A stretch of DNA of 64,000 bases, from the NCBI GenBank assembly GCA_965243315.1, contig CBDEUP010000007.1, forward strand, positions 2,343,500-2,407,499, written 5' to 3'. Below the pieces are notes generated by a model that saw nothing but the letters and a program-made list of their open reading frames with translations, had not been told where the DNA came from and ran no database searches. Numbering within the stretch: position 1 is the stretch's first letter; every line of letters starts with the position of its first letter. Both the position numbers and the translations under genes were made by a program. This DNA comes from Alphaproteobacteria bacterium. GTDB taxonomy: Bacteria > Pseudomonadota > Alphaproteobacteria > UBA828. This document shows, piece after piece, positions 1 through 14,032 of the stretch.

Positions 1-84
1 TCGCGGCGTTACGATACACTCTCGGGCCTCCTACGGCCCGCGATTCTCTCGCGGAATTTCTTGGAATTTGGCCATTTTTGGCGC

Positions 85-113
85 TTGACGGTGAATAGGC
101 CCATCACTAGGAT
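85..113 (+). promoter_or_regulatory. candidate sigma70-type promoter for the str operon (TTGACG-N17-TAGGAT)
   Basis: TTGACG at 85-90 and TAGGAT at 108-113 are separated by a 17-nt spacer, about 180 nt upstream of the rpsL start. Motif match only. Confidence 0.35.
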
Positions 114-291
114 GCGCCACCCTCTTGCCGACGAGGCTGGTCGGCGCGCCTCTGGGTGCCCGCCGCCACGCCTTGTGATCGAGAGAGTTTCCGAAGGGTC
201 GGCGCAGGCCGGCGGCGGGGAAGCGGGCAGATCCCGATTTTCCCGGTCCACCTGCACGCGCCGCACTGTCTGTTGAACTTGGAACGCCGCG

Positions 292-663
292 ATGCCGACG
301 ATCAACCAACTGATTCGCAAGCCGCGTACGGCGCCTGCCGCACGAAACAAGGTGCCGGCGCTGCAGGCCTGCCCGCAGAAACGCGGCGTGTGTACCAGGG
401 TCTATACGACCACGCCGAAGAAGCCGAACTCGGCACTGCGCAAGGTCGCGCGCGTGCGACTGACCAACGGATTCGAAGTCACGAGCTACATCCCCGGCGA
501 GGGGCACAACCTTCAGGAGCATTCGGTGGTGATGATTCGCGGCGGGCGGGTGAAGGACCTGCCCGGCGTGCGTTATCACATCATACGCGGCTCGCTCGAC
601 ACCCAGGGTATCCAGGACCGCCGCCAGCGGCGCTCCAAGTACGGCGCTAAACGGCCCAAATAA
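292..663 (+). CDS. rpsL: 30S ribosomal protein S12
   Basis: 123-aa [15 protein letters not shown]...[33 protein letters not shown] is the classic S12 sequence. It heads an rpsL-rpsG-fusA-tuf order. Confidence 0.98.
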   Translation: MPTINQLIRKPRTAPAARNKVPALQACPQKRGVCTRVYTTTPKKPNSALRKVARVRLTNGFEVTSYIPGEGHNLQEHSVVMIRGGRVKDLPGVRYHIIRGSLDTQGIQDRRQRRSKYGAKRPK

Positions 664-1155
<492 letters not shown>

Positions 1156-1180
1156 GCGCAGGCGTTCGCGGACAAGAACA

Positions 1181-3256
<2,076 letters not shown>

Positions 3257-3301
3257 TTGCGTGACCACGACCAAGAAAAGACCTCCTGAGAGAGAGCACC
3301 G

Positions 3302-4492
3302 ATGGCCAAGGAGAAGTTTGAGCGTACGAAGCCGCACTGCAACGTTGGGACGATTGGTCATGTTGACCATGGCAAGACGACGTTGACGGCGGCGATTACG
3401 AGGGTTCTGGGCGAAGCAGGCGGCGCGGAGTTCGTGTCGTTTGACGAGATCGACAAGGCGCCGGAGGAACGCGAGCGCGGGATCACGATCGCGACCGCGC
3501 ATGTCGAGTACGAGACGGCGAACCGCCACTACGCGCACGTGGACTGTCCGGGCCATGCGGACTACGTGAAGAACATGATCACGGGTGCGGCGCAGATGGA
3601 TGGCGCGATCCTGGTCGTGTCTGCGGCGGACGGCCCGATGCCTCAGACGCGGGAGCATATTCTGCTTGCGCGTCAGGTGGGCGTTCCCGCGCTGGTGGTC
3701 TACATGAACAAGGTGGATATGGTGGACGACGAGGAGATCCTGGACCTTGTCGAGCTTGAGGTTCGGGAGCTTCTGTCCGCGTACGAGTTTCCGGGCGACG
3801 ACATTCCTGTGATCCGTGGGTCTGCGCTGGCGGCGCTCGAGGGTGGCGACGCGGCGACGGGCCGAGGCTCGGTCCTGGAGCTGATGGCGGCGGTTGACGA
3901 CTACGTACCGCAGCCCGAGCGCCCGAAGGATCAGCCGTTCCTGATGCCGATCGAGGACGTGTTCTCGATTTCGGGTCGTGGGACGGTTGTGACGGGTCGG
4001 ATCGAGCGCGGCGTTGTGAAGGTGGGCGACGACGTCGGGATCATCGGCATCCGCGAGACGACGAAGACGGTCTGCACGGGCGTCGAGATGTTCCGGAAGC
4101 TGCTGGATCAGGGCGAGGCCGGCGACAACGTGGGCGTCCTGCTTCGAGGAACGAAGCGGGACGAGGTTGAGCGCGGCCAGGTGTTGGCGGAGCCCGGGAC
4201 GATCACGCCGCACACGCGATTTGAGGCAGAGACGTACATCCTGACGAAGGACGAGGGCGGGCGTCACACGCCGTTTTTCTCGAACTACCGCCCACAGTTT
4301 TACTTCCGGACGACGGACGTGACGGGGACGATTGGGTTGCCGGAGGGCACCGAGATGGTGATGCCCGGCGACAACGTGACGATGCAGGTCGATCTGATAG
4401 CGCCGATCGCGATGGACGAGGGCTTGCGCTTCGCCATCCGCGAGGGCGGGCGCACCGTCGGCGCAGGCGTCGTCGCCAAAATCGTCGAGTAG
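3302..4492 (+). CDS. tuf: elongation factor Tu
   Basis: 396-aa ORF with [18 protein letters not shown] and NKVD motifs. Follows fusA. Confidence 0.98.
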   Translation: MAKEKFERTKPHCNVGTIGHVDHGKTTLTAAITRVLGEAGGAEFVSFDEIDKAPEERERGITIATAHVEYETANRHYAHVDCPGHADYVKNMITGAAQMDGAILVVSAADGPMPQTREHILLARQVGVPALVVYMNKVDMVDDEEILDLVELEVRELLSAYEFPGDDIPVIRGSALAALEGGDAATGRGSVLELMAAVDDYVPQPERPKDQPFLMPIEDVFSISGRGTVVTGRIERGVVKVGDDVGIIGIRETTKTVCTGVEMFRKLLDQGEAGDNVGVLLRGTKRDEVERGQVLAEPGTITPHTRFEAETYILTKDEGGRHTPFFSNYRPQFYFRTTDVTGTIGLPEGTEMVMPGDNVTMQVDLIAPIAMDEGLRFAIREGGRTVGAGVVAKIVE

Positions 4493-4529
4493 AGCCAAAC
4501 CGAGGCGGACAAGAGGCCGGGCACGCACG

Positions 4530-4844
4530 ATGGCCATCGACAGCCAAAACATCAGGATCCGCCTCAAGGCGTTCGATCACCGGGTGCTCGACGCGTCCAC
4601 GAGCGAGATCGTGAACACGGCCAAGCGCACCGGCGCGCAGGTGCGCGGCCCGATCCCGCTGCCGACCCGGATCGAGAAGTACACGGTGCTGCGCTCGCCC
4701 CATATCGACAAGAAGTCGCGGGAGCAGTTCGAGATTCGCACCCATAAGCGGCTGCTCGATATCGTCGATCCCACGCCGCAGACCGTCGATGCGCTCATGA
4801 AGCTCGACCTCGCGGCCGGCGTCGACGTCGAGATCAGGCTTTAG
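4530..4844 (+). CDS. rpsJ: 30S ribosomal protein S10
   Basis: 104-aa [17 protein letters not shown]...[11 protein letters not shown] is the S10 pattern. First gene of the S10 operon order. Confidence 0.97.
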   Translation: MAIDSQNIRIRLKAFDHRVLDASTSEIVNTAKRTGAQVRGPIPLPTRIEKYTVLRSPHIDKKSREQFEIRTHKRLLDIVDPTPQTVDALMKLDLAAGVDVEIRL

Positions 4845-4853
4845 GAGGGCGTC

Positions 4854-5717
4854 ATGGCCGGCCAGGCTGCAGCGCGCAGGCGCACGGGCGTGATCACCGA
4901 GAAGCTCGGCATGTCCCGTGTCTTCAACGACGCCGGCGAGCATGTGCCGGTGACCGTGCTGCGCGTGGACGGTTGCCAGGTCATCGCCCAGCGGACGCCT
5001 GACGCGGGCGGCTATGTCGCGCTGCAGCTCGGTGCGGGCCGGGTCAAGGTCAAGAACACGCCGCGCGCACTGCGCGGCCACTTCGCCAAGGCGAAGGTCG
5101 AGCCCAAGCGCCACGTGGTCGAGTTTCGGGTGAGCGAGGATGCGCTGGTGGATGTGGGCGCCACGCTCGGCGCCGATCACTTCGCCGCCGGCCAGTTCGT
5201 CGATGCGGTCGGCACCTCCATCGGCAAGGGTTTTGCTGGCGGCATGAAGCGGCACAACTTCTCGGGCCTGCGCGCGAGCCACGGCGTCTCCGTCTCGCAC
5301 CGCTCCCACGGCTCGACCGGCCAATGCCAGGACCCCGGCAAGGTCTTCAAGGGCAAGAAGATGGCGGGCCAGCTCGGGAACGCACGCGCGACCGTGCAGA
5401 ACCTCGAAGTCGTGGCAACGGATGCCGAGCGGGGCCTGATCATGGTCAAGGGCGGCGTCCCCGGCCCCAAGGGCGGTGTCGTGCTGCTCTCCGACGCGAA
5501 GAAGCGCAGCCTGCCAGACGACGTGCCGTTCCCTGCAGGGCTCTTCGTACCGCCGGAACCGGAGGCGGCAGACCCCGAGCCCGAGCCCGAGGACGACGCT
5601 CCCGCCGCCGAGGCTGAAGCCGAGGCCGAGAGTGCGCCCGCCGAGGCGCAGGAGGAGGACGACGGCGAGGCCGCCGCTGAGGACTCTGCAGAGGGCGACG
5701 AGGAGGAGGCCTCGTGA
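4854..5717 (+). CDS. rplC: 50S ribosomal protein L3 with a long acidic C-terminal tail
   Basis: 287-aa ORF. The L3 core ([13 protein letters not shown]...[17 protein letters not shown]...) is followed by about 55 aa rich in E, D, A and P. Confidence 0.95.
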   Translation: MAGQAAARRRTGVITEKLGMSRVFNDAGEHVPVTVLRVDGCQVIAQRTPDAGGYVALQLGAGRVKVKNTPRALRGHFAKAKVEPKRHVVEFRVSEDALVDVGATLGADHFAAGQFVDAVGTSIGKGFAGGMKRHNFSGLRASHGVSVSHRSHGSTGQCQDPGKVFKGKKMAGQLGNARATVQNLEVVATDAERGLIMVKGGVPGPKGGVVLLSDAKKRSLPDDVPFPAGLFVPPEPEAADPEPEPEDDAPAAEAEAEAESAPAEAQEEDDGEAAAEDSAEGDEEEAS

Positions 5718-6334
5718 AGGTCGACGTCATCGACTTCAAGGCCAAGCGCGTCGGCGAGATCGAGCTCGCGGATGAGGTGTTCGGCGCGCCCGTGCGGCCC
5801 GACCTGATGCAACGCACCGTGCGCTGGCAGCTCGCCAAGCGCCGCGCCGGCACGCACAAGACCAAGTCGGTGGCGGAGACTCGCGGGTCCACGCGCAAGC
5901 CCTTCAAGCAGAAGGGTACGGGCCGCGCCCGCGCGGGCTCCCGCCGGGCGCCGCACCATCGGGGCGGCGTGGCGATCTTCGGTCCCGTGCTGCGCGACCA
6001 CGCGCACAAGCTGCCCAAGAAGGTGCGCAAGCTCGCGCTCAAGTCCGCACTCTCAAGCAAGCAGGCAGACGGCAAGCTCTCGATCGTGGAATCCCTCGAC
6101 CTCGGCTCGGCCAAGACCCGCGTGCTCGCCAATCGCATCGCGCGCCTCGGCTGGTCGTCGGCGCTGGTCATCGACGGCGACGAGGTCGATGCCGGCTTCG
6201 CCAGGGCCGCGGGCAACCTGACCGCGGTTCAGGTGCTCCCGCAGCTGGGCGCCAACGTCTACGACATCCTTCGCCGCGATCACCTGGTGCTGACCCGGAG
6301 TGCGGTGGAAAGCCTGCAAGCGAGGCTCGCATGA
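5714..6334 (+). CDS. rplD: 50S ribosomal protein L4
   Basis: 206-aa ORF. The GTG start overlaps the rplC stop. L4-like sequence in the S10-operon position. Confidence 0.96.
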   Translation: MKVDVIDFKAKRVGEIELADEVFGAPVRPDLMQRTVRWQLAKRRAGTHKTKSVAETRGSTRKPFKQKGTGRARAGSRRAPHHRGGVAIFGPVLRDHAHKLPKKVRKLALKSALSSKQADGKLSIVESLDLGSAKTRVLANRIARLGWSSALVIDGDEVDAGFARAAGNLTAVQVLPQLGANVYDILRRDHLVLTRSAVESLQARLA

Positions 6335-6636
6335 GCGTCGAGCCCAAAGAGCGCTGGTACGACACGATTCTTGGTCCAGTCGTGACCGAGAAGTCCACTC
6401 AGGGCTCGATGTACAACCAGGTTACCTTCAAGGTGCGCACCGACGCGACCAAGCCTCAGATCAAGGAAGCCGTGGAAGGGCTGTTCGAGGTCAAGGTGAG
6501 GAAGGTCAACACCAGCATGGTCAAGGGCAAGGTCAAGCGCAGCCCTCGCGGCCGGCTGGGCAAGCGCTCGGATTGGAAGAAGGCGACGGTTTCGCTCGGC
6601 GAGGGCGATACCATCGACGTGATGACCGGGCTCTAG
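6331..6636 (+). CDS. rplW: 50S ribosomal protein L23
   Basis: 101-aa ORF. The ATG overlaps the rplD stop. L23-like sequence and position. Confidence 0.96.
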   Translation: MSVEPKERWYDTILGPVVTEKSTQGSMYNQVTFKVRTDATKPQIKEAVEGLFEVKVRKVNTSMVKGKVKRSPRGRLGKRSDWKKATVSLGEGDTIDVMTGL

Positions 6637-6639
6637 GCG

Positions 6640-7467
6640 ATGGCACTCAAGAACTACAAGCCGACCACGCCGGGGCGCCGCCAGCTCATCCTGGTGGACC
6701 GCTCCGACCTCTGGAAGGGGAAGCCGGTCAAGAAGCTGACCGAGGGATTGAGCCAGAAGGGCGGGCGCAACAGCGACGGCCGCATCACCATGCGCCACCG
6801 CGGGGGCGGGCATAAGCGCCGCTACCGCAAGATCGACTTCAAGCGGCGCAAATTCGATGTGCCGGCGACCGTGGAGCGGCTTGAGTACGACCCCAACCGC
6901 TCAGCCTTCATTGCGCTGATCCGCTACGAAAACGGTGAGCAGGCCTACATCCTCGCCCCGCAGCGGGTCTCACCGGGCGACAAGGTGGTTTCCGGCGACC
7001 GCTGTGACATCAAGCCCGGCAACGCGATGCCGATGAGCAACATTCCCGTCGGCACGATCATCCACAATGTCGAGATGAAGCCGGGGAAGGGCGGCCAGAT
7101 CGCGCGCTCCGCCGGCAACTACGTGCAGCTGGTCGGCAAGGATCAGGGCTACGCCCAGCTCAGACTGCCGTCGGGCGAGCAGCGTATCGTCCATGGCCGA
7201 TGTATGGCCACCATCGGCGCAGTCTCCAACCCGGACAATCAGAACACCAATCAGGGCAAGGCCGGCCGCATGCGCTGGAAGGGTCGGCGACCCAAGGTGC
7301 GCGGCGTCGCCATGAACCCGGTGGACCATCCCCACGGCGGCGGCGAGGGCAAGTCCTCCGGCGGGCGGCATCCGGTCACTCCCTGGGGCGTGCCCACCAA
7401 GGGCAAGCGCACGCGCAGCAACAAGAGAACCGACCGCTTCATCATGCGGCGTCGGGGCAAGAAGTAG
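6640..7467 (+). CDS. rplB: 50S ribosomal protein L2
   Basis: 275-aa ORF. ...[19 protein letters not shown]... is the L2 signature. Confidence 0.98.
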   Translation: MALKNYKPTTPGRRQLILVDRSDLWKGKPVKKLTEGLSQKGGRNSDGRITMRHRGGGHKRRYRKIDFKRRKFDVPATVERLEYDPNRSAFIALIRYENGEQAYILAPQRVSPGDKVVSGDRCDIKPGNAMPMSNIPVGTIIHNVEMKPGKGGQIARSAGNYVQLVGKDQGYAQLRLPSGEQRIVHGRCMATIGAVSNPDNQNTNQGKAGRMRWKGRRPKVRGVAMNPVDHPHGGGEGKSSGGRHPVTPWGVPTKGKRTRSNKRTDRFIMRRRGKK

Positions 7468-7482
7468 GGCGGGGGACAGTCG

Positions 7483-7761
7483 ATGGCGCGTTCCGTATGG
7501 AAAGGCCCCTTCGTCGACGGCTATCTTCTCAAGAAGGCCGAAGAGGCGCGGGCGACCGGCCGCAAGGACATCATCCGCACCTGGTCGCGGCGCTCGACCA
7601 TCCTGCCGCAGTTCGTGGGCCTCACCTTCGGGGTCTACAACGGGCGCAAGTTCCTGCCCGTGCTGGTCAACGAGAATATGGTCGGCCACAAGTTCGGCGA
7701 GTTCTCGCCGACGCGGGTCTTCCACGGCCATGCCGGCGACAAGAGGGCGCGGCGGGGCTGA
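7483..7761 (+). CDS. rpsS: 30S ribosomal protein S19
   Basis: 92-aa [15 protein letters not shown]...[11 protein letters not shown] is the S19 pattern. Confidence 0.97.
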   Translation: MARSVWKGPFVDGYLLKKAEEARATGRKDIIRTWSRRSTILPQFVGLTFGVYNGRKFLPVLVNENMVGHKFGEFSPTRVFHGHAGDKRARRG

Positions 7762-7763
7762 TC

Positions 7764-8144
7764 ATGGGCAAGACCGCGCGAACCCGGCGGCTCGGCGAGA
7801 CCGAGGCCCAAGCGGTGATCCGGAACCTCCGGATCAGCCCGCAGAAGCTCGGCCTTGTCACCGAGACCATCCGCGGGCGCCCGGTGGGCGAGGCGCTGCT
7901 CACGCTGGCGCATTCTCGCCGCCGCATCGCCGGCGACGTGCGCAAGTGCCTGCAATCGGCCATCGCGAACGCGGAGAACAATCACGAATTGGACGTGGAC
8001 CGGCTCGTCGTCGCGGAAGCGACGGTCGGCAAGGGTTTGGTGATGAAGCGCTGGCGGCCCCGTGCGCGCGGCCGGGTCGGGCGCGTCATGAAGCCGTTCA
8101 GCCATCTCACCATCGTGGTGCGCGAACGCGCCAAGGGGGCCTGA
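7764..8144 (+). CDS. rplV: 50S ribosomal protein L22
   Basis: Internal ATG at 7764 in the 7200..8144 ORF frame gives 126 aa: [29 protein letters not shown]..., which is L22-like. The longer ORF would overlap rplB and rpsS, so it is rejected. Confidence 0.93.
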   Translation: MGKTARTRRLGETEAQAVIRNLRISPQKLGLVTETIRGRPVGEALLTLAHSRRRIAGDVRKCLQSAIANAENNHELDVDRLVVAEATVGKGLVMKRWRPRARGRVGRVMKPFSHLTIVVRERAKGA

Positions 8145-8821
8145 TGGGTCAGAAGGTCAATCCCGTCGGGCTGCGTCTCGGCATCAACCGTACCTGGGAT
8201 TCGCGCTGGTATGCCGACGACGATTACGCCCAGTTGCTGCACGAGGACCTGCAGATCCGCAAGTTTCTGGTCGATCGGCTGAACCAGGCAGGCATCGGGC
8301 GCGTCGTCATCGAGCGCCCGGCCAAGAAGGCGCGCATCACCATCCATACAGCCCGGCCGGGCGTCGTGATCGGCAAGAAGGGTGCTGACATCGAGCGGCT
8401 GCGCACCGACATCACCAAGATGACGGGCAGCGACGTTCATCTGAACATCGTCGAGATCCGCAAGCCCGAGATCGAGGCCAAGCTGGTGGCCGAGAACATC
8501 GCTCAGCAACTCGTGCGCCGGGTCGCGTTCCGCCGGGCCATGAAGCGGGCGGTGCAGTCCGCGATCAGGCTCGGTGCGCAGGGCATCCGCATCAACTGCG
8601 GCGGCCGCCTCGGCGGCGCCGAGATCGCGCGGACCGAGTGGTATCGCGAGGGCCGGGTGCCGCTCCACACGCTCCGGGCCGACGTGGACTTCGGGCTCGC
8701 CACGGCGCGCACGGCCTACGGCACCTGCGGTGTCAAGGTCTGGGTGTTCAAGGGCGAGATCATGGCGCACGACCCCATGGCGCAGGACAAGCGCGCCATG
8801 GAGCAGGCCACGCCCCGCTAG
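8144..8821 (+). CDS. rpsC: 30S ribosomal protein S3
   Basis: ATG at 8144 overlaps the rplV stop (TGATG). [24 protein letters not shown] is the canonical S3 N-terminus. Confidence 0.96.
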   Translation: MGQKVNPVGLRLGINRTWDSRWYADDDYAQLLHEDLQIRKFLVDRLNQAGIGRVVIERPAKKARITIHTARPGVVIGKKGADIERLRTDITKMTGSDVHLNIVEIRKPEIEAKLVAENIAQQLVRRVAFRRAMKRAVQSAIRLGAQGIRINCGGRLGGAEIARTEWYREGRVPLHTLRADVDFGLATARTAYGTCGVKVWVFKGEIMAHDPMAQDKRAMEQATPR

Positions 8822-8848
8822 GGCCGGACGGGGACCGGGGACCGAGTC

Positions 8849-9271
8849 ATGCAGCAGCCGAAATCCACCAAGTACCGCAAGGCCCACAAGGGCCGCATCC
8901 ACGGCAAGGCCAAGGGCGGCTCGCAGCTCAACTTCGGCGCCTACGGGCTCAAGGCAATCACGCCCGGTCGCATCACGGCACGCGAGATCGAGGCCGGCCG
9001 ACGCACCATCACGCGCCACATGAAGCGGACCGGCAAGATCTGGATCCGCATCTTTCCGGACGTGCCGGTCTCGACCAAGCCTGCCGAGGTGCGCATGGGC
9101 AAGGGCAAGGGCACGCCGGAATACTGGGTCGCCAAGGTGAAGCCCGGCCGCATCATGTTCGAGGTGGACGGCGTGCCGCGCGCGGTGGCGGAAGAGGCGT
9201 TCCGCCGCGCGTCCGCGAAATTCAGGGTGCAGACCAGGGTCGTGTCCCGGCTCGGCGAAGGGGCGTCCTGA
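8849..9271 (+). CDS. rplP: 50S ribosomal protein L16
   Basis: 140-aa ORF with an L16-like sequence (...[24 protein letters not shown]...). Confidence 0.97.
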   Translation: MQQPKSTKYRKAHKGRIHGKAKGGSQLNFGAYGLKAITPGRITAREIEAGRRTITRHMKRTGKIWIRIFPDVPVSTKPAEVRMGKGKGTPEYWVAKVKPGRIMFEVDGVPRAVAEEAFRRASAKFRVQTRVVSRLGEGAS

Positions 9272-9477
9272 TGAACGGCGTCGAAGTCCGCCTCAAGACC
9301 GACGACGAGCTCCATACGATGCTGCTCGCGTTGAAGAAGGAGGCGTTCAACCTGCGCTTCCAGCGGGCGTCCGGCCAGCTCGAGAACACCGCGCGCATGC
9401 GCGCCGTGAGGCGCGACGTGGCCCGCATCAAGACGATTGTCGCCGAGCGCAAGCGCGCGGCCGGCGGCGAAGCCTGA
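9271..9477 (+). CDS. rpmC: 50S ribosomal protein L29
   Basis: ATG at 9271 overlaps the rplP stop. 68 aa with ...[20 protein letters not shown]..., which is L29-like. Confidence 0.93.
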   Translation: MNGVEVRLKTDDELHTMLLALKKEAFNLRFQRASGQLENTARMRAVRRDVARIKTIVAERKRAAGGEA

Positions 9478-9508
9478 GGATTTGGGAGATGGGTGGAGGA
9501 GAGCTGGC

Positions 9509-9757
9509 ATGCCGCGCCGTGTAATGCGGGGAACCGTGGTCGGCGACAAGGCGGACAAGACCGTTGTCGTCCGCGTCGATCGCCGCGTGATGCATCCGCT
9601 CTACAAGAAGGTCGTGCGCCGCTCCAAGCGCTACACCGCGCATGACGACGCCAACAGGCACAAGGTCGGCGACATCGTGCAAATTCGCGAATGCGCCCCC
9701 ATCTCCAAGCGCAAGCGCTGGATCGTGCTCGACGAAGCCGGCGCCGAGCAGGGCTGA
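9509..9757 (+). CDS. rpsQ: 30S ribosomal protein S17
   Basis: Internal ATG at 9509 gives 82 aa: [34 protein letters not shown]..., which is S17-like. Confidence 0.93.
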   Translation: MPRRVMRGTVVGDKADKTVVVRVDRRVMHPLYKKVVRRSKRYTAHDDANRHKVGDIVQIRECAPISKRKRWIVLDEAGAEQG

Positions 9758-9790
9758 ACGGCGCGGTAGAGAGCGGAAGGGTCGAGTGAC

Positions 9791-10159
9791 ATGATTCAGA
9801 TGCAGACGAATCTGGATGTCGCTGACAATTCCGGTGCGAGACGCGTGCAGTGCGTGAAGGTGCTGGGTGGGTCGAAGCGCAAGACCGCCTCGGTGGGCGA
9901 TACCATCGTGGTCACGGTCAAGGAGGCGATCCCGCGCGGCAAGGTGCGCAAGGGCGAGCTTCACCGTGCCGTCATCGTGCGCACCGCGAAGGAAATCAGG
10001 CGCCCGGACGGCAGCGCGATCCGCTTCGATCGCAATGCGGCCGTGCTCATCACCCCCCAGGGGGAGCCGATCGGGACCCGCATCTTCGGGCCGGTGACCC
10101 GCGAGCTCCGTCAGCGCCAGTACATGAAGATCATCTCACTCGCGCCCGAGGTGCTGTAG
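9791..10159 (+). CDS. rplN: 50S ribosomal protein L14
   Basis: 122-aa [33 protein letters not shown] is the L14 signature. Confidence 0.98.
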   Translation: MIQMQTNLDVADNSGARRVQCVKVLGGSKRKTASVGDTIVVTVKEAIPRGKVRKGELHRAVIVRTAKEIRRPDGSAIRFDRNAAVLITPQGEPIGTRIFGPVTRELRQRQYMKIISLAPEVL

Positions 10160-10165
10160 GCCGCC

Positions 10166-10489
10166 ATGCGCAAGCGAAAGATACGCAAGGATGACGAGGT
10201 CATCGTCCTGACCGGGCGAGACAAGGGCAAGCGCGGCGCCGTGCTCCGGATCATCACCAAGACCGACCGCGTTCTCGTCGAGGGCGTCAACGTGACCAAG
10301 CGCCACGTCAAGCCGACGCAAGGCGATCCGCAGGGCGGCATTGTCGAACGCGAGGCGCCGATCCATATATCGAACGTGGCTCTGATCGATCCCGAAAGCG
10401 ATCGGGCGACCCGGGTGCGCTACAAGAATCTCGAGGACGGGCGCAAGGTGCGCGTCGCCGCCCGCTCGGGGGAAGTGATCGATGTCTGA
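10166..10489 (+). CDS. rplX: 50S ribosomal protein L24
   Basis: 107-aa ORF with a KOW-type L24 sequence ([20 protein letters not shown]). Confidence 0.96.
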   Translation: MRKRKIRKDDEVIVLTGRDKGKRGAVLRIITKTDRVLVEGVNVTKRHVKPTQGDPQGGIVEREAPIHISNVALIDPESDRATRVRYKNLEDGRKVRVAARSGEVIDV

Positions 10490-11078
10490 AGCGAACGGCC
10501 AGAACGGCGGCCAGGTGAACGGCGAGGCGAAGGGCCCGAGCCGGCTGAAATTGCTCTACGAGAGCGAAATCAGGCCCGGTCTGATACAGCAGTTCGGCTA
10601 CACCAACATCATGCAGGCGCCGAAGCTGGACAAGATCGTGATCAACATGGGCGTCGGCGAAGGAGCCACGGACAACAAGAAGATCGATGCCGCGGTTCAG
10701 GACATGACGCTGATCGCGGGCCAAAAGCCCATCGTCACCAGGGCGCGCAAGTCGGTCGCCGCGTTCAAGGTGCGCACCGGCATGCAGGTCGGCTGCAAGA
10801 CCACGCTTCGGCGCGAGCGGATGTACGAGTTCCTCGACCGGCTGGTCACGATTGCCTTGCCGCGTGTGCGCGATTTTCGCGGCCTGTCGGCCCGCGCCTT
10901 CGACGGCCGGGGCAACTACGCGTTAGGCCTGAAGGAGCAGATCATCTTTCCCGAGATCGACTACGACAAGGTCGATCAGGTGCGTGGATTGAATGTCGTC
11001 ATTTGCACGACGGCGAGGACCGATGACGAGGGCCGGGCGCTGCTTGCTGGCTTTCAATTGCCGTTCGTCGGCCAGTAG
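10482..11078 (+). CDS. rplE: 50S ribosomal protein L5
   Basis: 198-aa ORF with an L5 core (...[10 protein letters not shown]...[20 protein letters not shown]...). The N-terminal 15 aa and the exact start are uncertain. Confidence 0.93.
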   Translation: MSEANGQNGGQVNGEAKGPSRLKLLYESEIRPGLIQQFGYTNIMQAPKLDKIVINMGVGEGATDNKKIDAAVQDMTLIAGQKPIVTRARKSVAAFKVRTGMQVGCKTTLRRERMYEFLDRLVTIALPRVRDFRGLSARAFDGRGNYALGLKEQIIFPEIDYDKVDQVRGLNVVICTTARTDDEGRALLAGFQLPFVGQ

Positions 11079-11100
11079 GGCAGAGGGGCCGGGCTGAGAG

Positions 11101-11406
11101 ATGGCGAAGAAGAGCACGATCGAGAAGAACAAGCGGCGCCAGCGGATGGCGAAGCGGGACGCGGCCAAGCGGGCGGACCTGCGCGCCATCGTGCGCGACC
11201 GTTCGCTGCCGGCGGAGGAGCGCTTCGCGGCGCAGCTCAAGCTCGCGAAGCTGCCGCGCAACGGCGCGCAGGTGCGGGTGCGGAACCGCTGCGGGTTGAC
11301 CGGCCGGCCGCGCGGCAACTACCGCAAGTTCGGACTCTCGCGCATCGCGCTCCGGGAGCTCGCCTCGGCGGGTCAGGTGCCCGGCATGGTCAAATCGAGC
11401 TGGTGA
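11101..11406 (+). CDS. rpsN: 30S ribosomal protein S14
   Basis: 101-aa ORF. Long-form S14 ending ...[24 protein letters not shown]. Confidence 0.96.
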   Translation: MAKKSTIEKNKRRQRMAKRDAAKRADLRAIVRDRSLPAEERFAAQLKLAKLPRNGAQVRVRNRCGLTGRPRGNYRKFGLSRIALRELASAGQVPGMVKSSW

Positions 11407-11416
11407 GGCGCAGGCC

Positions 11417-11812
11417 ATGATGACCGATCCCCTGGCGGACATGCTGACCCGTATTCGGAACGGGCAGCAGGCACGTAAGTCCGCCGTCCTGTCGCCGGCG
11501 TCCAAGCTGCGCGCTGGCGTGCTCGATGTCCTTCAGCGCGAAGGCTACATCCGCGGCTATTCGAAGACGGAATCGGACACCGGCAAGCCGGCGTTCTCGA
11601 TCGAGCTCAAGTATCAGGAAGGCCGCCCGGTGATCGCCGAGCTCCATCGGGTGTCGAAGCCCGGACGGCGGGTCTATTCGGGTATCAAGGACCTGCCGCG
11701 TTACTACGGCGGTCTCGGAATCTCCGTTCTGTCGACGCCGCGCGGCGTGCTTTCGGACAACGAGGCACGCCAGCAGAACGTGGGCGGCGAAGTGCTCTGC
11801 CGGGTGTTCTGA
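11417..11812 (+). CDS. rpsH: 30S ribosomal protein S8
   Basis: 131-aa ORF. ...[14 protein letters not shown]... is the S8 N-terminal signature. Confidence 0.97.
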   Translation: MMTDPLADMLTRIRNGQQARKSAVLSPASKLRAGVLDVLQREGYIRGYSKTESDTGKPAFSIELKYQEGRPVIAELHRVSKPGRRVYSGIKDLPRYYGGLGISVLSTPRGVLSDNEARQQNVGGEVLCRVF

Positions 11813-11813
11813 G

Positions 11814-12347
11814 ATGTCCCGCGTCGGCAAGAACCCGGTTGCTATCCCGGATGGCGTCGAAGTGACGATCGACGGCACTGCGGTCGCGGTGAGCGGCAAG
11901 CTGGGCCGCCTCGAGGCCACCATCGCGTCCGAAGTGAGCGCCGTGCTCGAAGCCGGCCAGGTCTCGGTCACGCCGCGCGGGGACGACAAGCGCTCGCGTC
12001 AGCTGTGGGGGCTCACCCGGAGCATCATCAACAACATGGTTGTGGGCGTGAGCCAGGGATTCCACAAGGACCTGCAGATCGAGGGCGTCGGCTACCGGGC
12101 CGCGGTCGAGGGCAAGACCCTCACGCTCGATCTCGGCTACAGCCACAGGGTCCGCTACCCGATTCCCGATGGCATCCAGATCACGTGCGAGCGGCCGACG
12201 GCGATCAGGGTCGCCGGCTATGACCGCCAGGCGGTCGGCCAGGTCGCCGCCGAGATTCGTGCCTTCCGCAAGCCCGAGCCCTACAAGGGCAAGGGCATCC
12301 GCTATGTCGGCGAGTACGTCCGGCGCAAGGAGGGCAAGAAGAAGTAG
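11814..12347 (+). CDS. rplF: 50S ribosomal protein L6
   Basis: 177-aa [20 protein letters not shown]... is L6-like. spc-operon order. Confidence 0.97.
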   Translation: MSRVGKNPVAIPDGVEVTIDGTAVAVSGKLGRLEATIASEVSAVLEAGQVSVTPRGDDKRSRQLWGLTRSIINNMVVGVSQGFHKDLQIEGVGYRAAVEGKTLTLDLGYSHRVRYPIPDGIQITCERPTAIRVAGYDRQAVGQVAAEIRAFRKPEPYKGKGIRYVGEYVRRKEGKKK

Positions 12348-12349
12348 CC

Positions 12350-12700
12350 ATGAGCAGGACCGACTTCAATAAGCGCAAGCAACGGGTGCGGTTCAGGTTG
12401 CAGGCAGCCGCCGGCGGCAGGCCGCGGCTCTCGGTCTTCCGCTCCAACCGCCACATTTACGCCCAACTCATCGACGATGGAGAGGGCAGGACCGTGGCTG
12501 CTGCATCAACGGTGGAAGGCGCGCTGCGCGGCCAGAAGGGAGCGGACCGCGAGGCCGCCGGCCGTGTCGGCGCACTCATCGCCGAGCGTGCGCTGGCGGC
12601 CGGGCACAAGGAGGTCGTGTTCGACCGCGGCGGATACCAGTATCACGGGCGCGTCAAGGCGCTCGCCGAGGCAGCCCGCGAAGGCGGCCTCTCTTTCTAG
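12350..12700 (+). CDS. rplR: 50S ribosomal protein L18
   Basis: 116-aa ORF with L18-like ...[18 protein letters not shown]...[23 protein letters not shown]. Confidence 0.96.
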   Translation: MSRTDFNKRKQRVRFRLQAAAGGRPRLSVFRSNRHIYAQLIDDGEGRTVAAASTVEGALRGQKGADREAAGRVGALIAERALAAGHKEVVFDRGGYQYHGRVKALAEAAREGGLSF

Positions 12701-12714
12701 GGGAAGGGCCCGGT

Positions 12715-13299
12715 ATGGCACGACCAGGCATGGAGCGGGATCGAGATCGGGATCGCGGCGGTCGCGGACGTGACCGCGAAGAGCCCGAGCTTCTGGACAA
12801 GCTGGTCAGCATCAACCGCGTCGCCAAGGTGGTGAAGGGCGGCCGGCGCTTCGGCTTCTCGGCGCTCGTCGTGGTCGGCGACCAGCGCGGCCGCGTCGGC
12901 GGCGGCTCGGGCAAGGCGCGCGAGGTGCCGGAGGCCATCCGCAAGGCCACTGAGCAGGCCAGGCGCCGCATGGTCCGCGTGCCGCTTCGCGAGGGGCGCA
13001 CGCTGCATCACGACGTCCAGGGTCGCTTCGGCGCGGGCAAGGTGATCATCCGCGCAGCACCTCCCGGTACCGGCATCATCGCCGGCGGGCCGATGCGCGC
13101 CGTGTTCGAGATGCTGGGCGTGAAAGACGTGGTCGCCAAGTCGGTGGGCACGTCCAACCCGCAGAACATGGTCAAGGCGACCTTCGATGCGCTCGGGCGC
13201 TGCCACTCGCCGCGGGCCGTTGCCGCCAAGCGCAACCGCACGGTGGGCCAGATCTTCGGCCAGAGCGACTCCGCCAAGGAGCAGAAGGAGCAGGCGTAG
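12715..13299 (+). CDS. rpsE: 30S ribosomal protein S5
   Basis: 194-aa ORF. ...[24 protein letters not shown]... is the S5 core, preceded by the R/D-rich N-terminal stretch typical of alphaproteobacteria. Confidence 0.96.
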   Translation: MARPGMERDRDRDRGGRGRDREEPELLDKLVSINRVAKVVKGGRRFGFSALVVVGDQRGRVGGGSGKAREVPEAIRKATEQARRRMVRVPLREGRTLHHDVQGRFGAGKVIIRAAPPGTGIIAGGPMRAVFEMLGVKDVVAKSVGTSNPQNMVKATFDALGRCHSPRAVAAKRNRTVGQIFGQSDSAKEQKEQA

Positions 13300-13302
13300 G
13301 CC

Positions 13303-13524
13303 ATGGCACGGAGCAAGAAGGCCGCCGCGGCGCCCAAGGTGCGGGTGACCCAGATCGGCAGCCCCATCGGCCGGCCGGCGAATCAGCGCGCCACCCTGGT
13401 GGGCCTCGGCCTGAACAAGATGCACCGGAGCCGCGTTCTCGAGGACACGCCCTCGGTGCGCGGCATGATCGACAAGATTCCGCACCTCGTGCGGGCCGAG
13501 CCGGTGGACGCGGAGGCTGAGTGA
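13303..13524 (+). CDS. rpmD: 50S ribosomal protein L30
   Basis: 73-aa ORF with L30-like ...[25 protein letters not shown].... Confidence 0.93.
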   Translation: MARSKKAAAAPKVRVTQIGSPIGRPANQRATLVGLGLNKMHRSRVLEDTPSVRGMIDKIPHLVRAEPVDAEAE

Positions 13525-14027
13525 TGAGGCTGAACGAACTCGCTGACCGCGCCGGCGCGTCCAAGAAGGGACGCAGGCTCGGGCGCGGCATCGGCTCGGG
13601 CCGCGGCAAGACCTCGGGGCGCGGCCACAAGGGCCAGAAGTCGCGGGCCGGCGTTGCCCTCAAGGGTTTCGAGGGCGGCCAGATGCCGCTCTACCGGCGC
13701 CTGCCGAAGCGGGGTTTCACCAACGCCCGCTTCCGCAAGACCTTCGAGACCGTCAACATCGGGCGCCTGCAGGAGGCGATCGAGAGCGGGCGGATCGACG
13801 CGGGCGTTCCCGTGACCGAGGCCGCGCTGGCTGCGGCCGGGCTCACGCGCGGGCGGCACGGCGTGCGGCTGCTCGCCAAAGGCCGGATCGAGAGCGCGGT
13901 TGCCGTCGAGGTCACGGGCGCGTCGAAGGCGGCCATCGCCGCGGTGGAAGCCGCCGGCGGCTCGGTGGCCCTCAGTGGCGCGGCTAAGGCCGGGAAAGCG
14001 GCCGAGGAAACGGCAGAGGACGCCTAA
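13521..14027 (+). CDS. rplO: 50S ribosomal protein L15
   Basis: 168-aa [41 protein letters not shown] is L15-like. Confidence 0.96.
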   Translation: MMRLNELADRAGASKKGRRLGRGIGSGRGKTSGRGHKGQKSRAGVALKGFEGGQMPLYRRLPKRGFTNARFRKTFETVNIGRLQEAIESGRIDAGVPVTEAALAAAGLTRGRHGVRLLAKGRIESAVAVEVTGASKAAIAAVEAAGGSVALSGAAKAGKAAEETAEDA

Positions 14028-14032
14028 CGAAC

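Noticed and set aside
23-40. CGGGCC-N6-GGCCCG hairpin at the extreme left edge as the terminator of an upstream gene, presumably rpoC.
   Set aside because: The upstream gene is outside the window. The stem is short and the downstream T content modest, so it cannot be evaluated.
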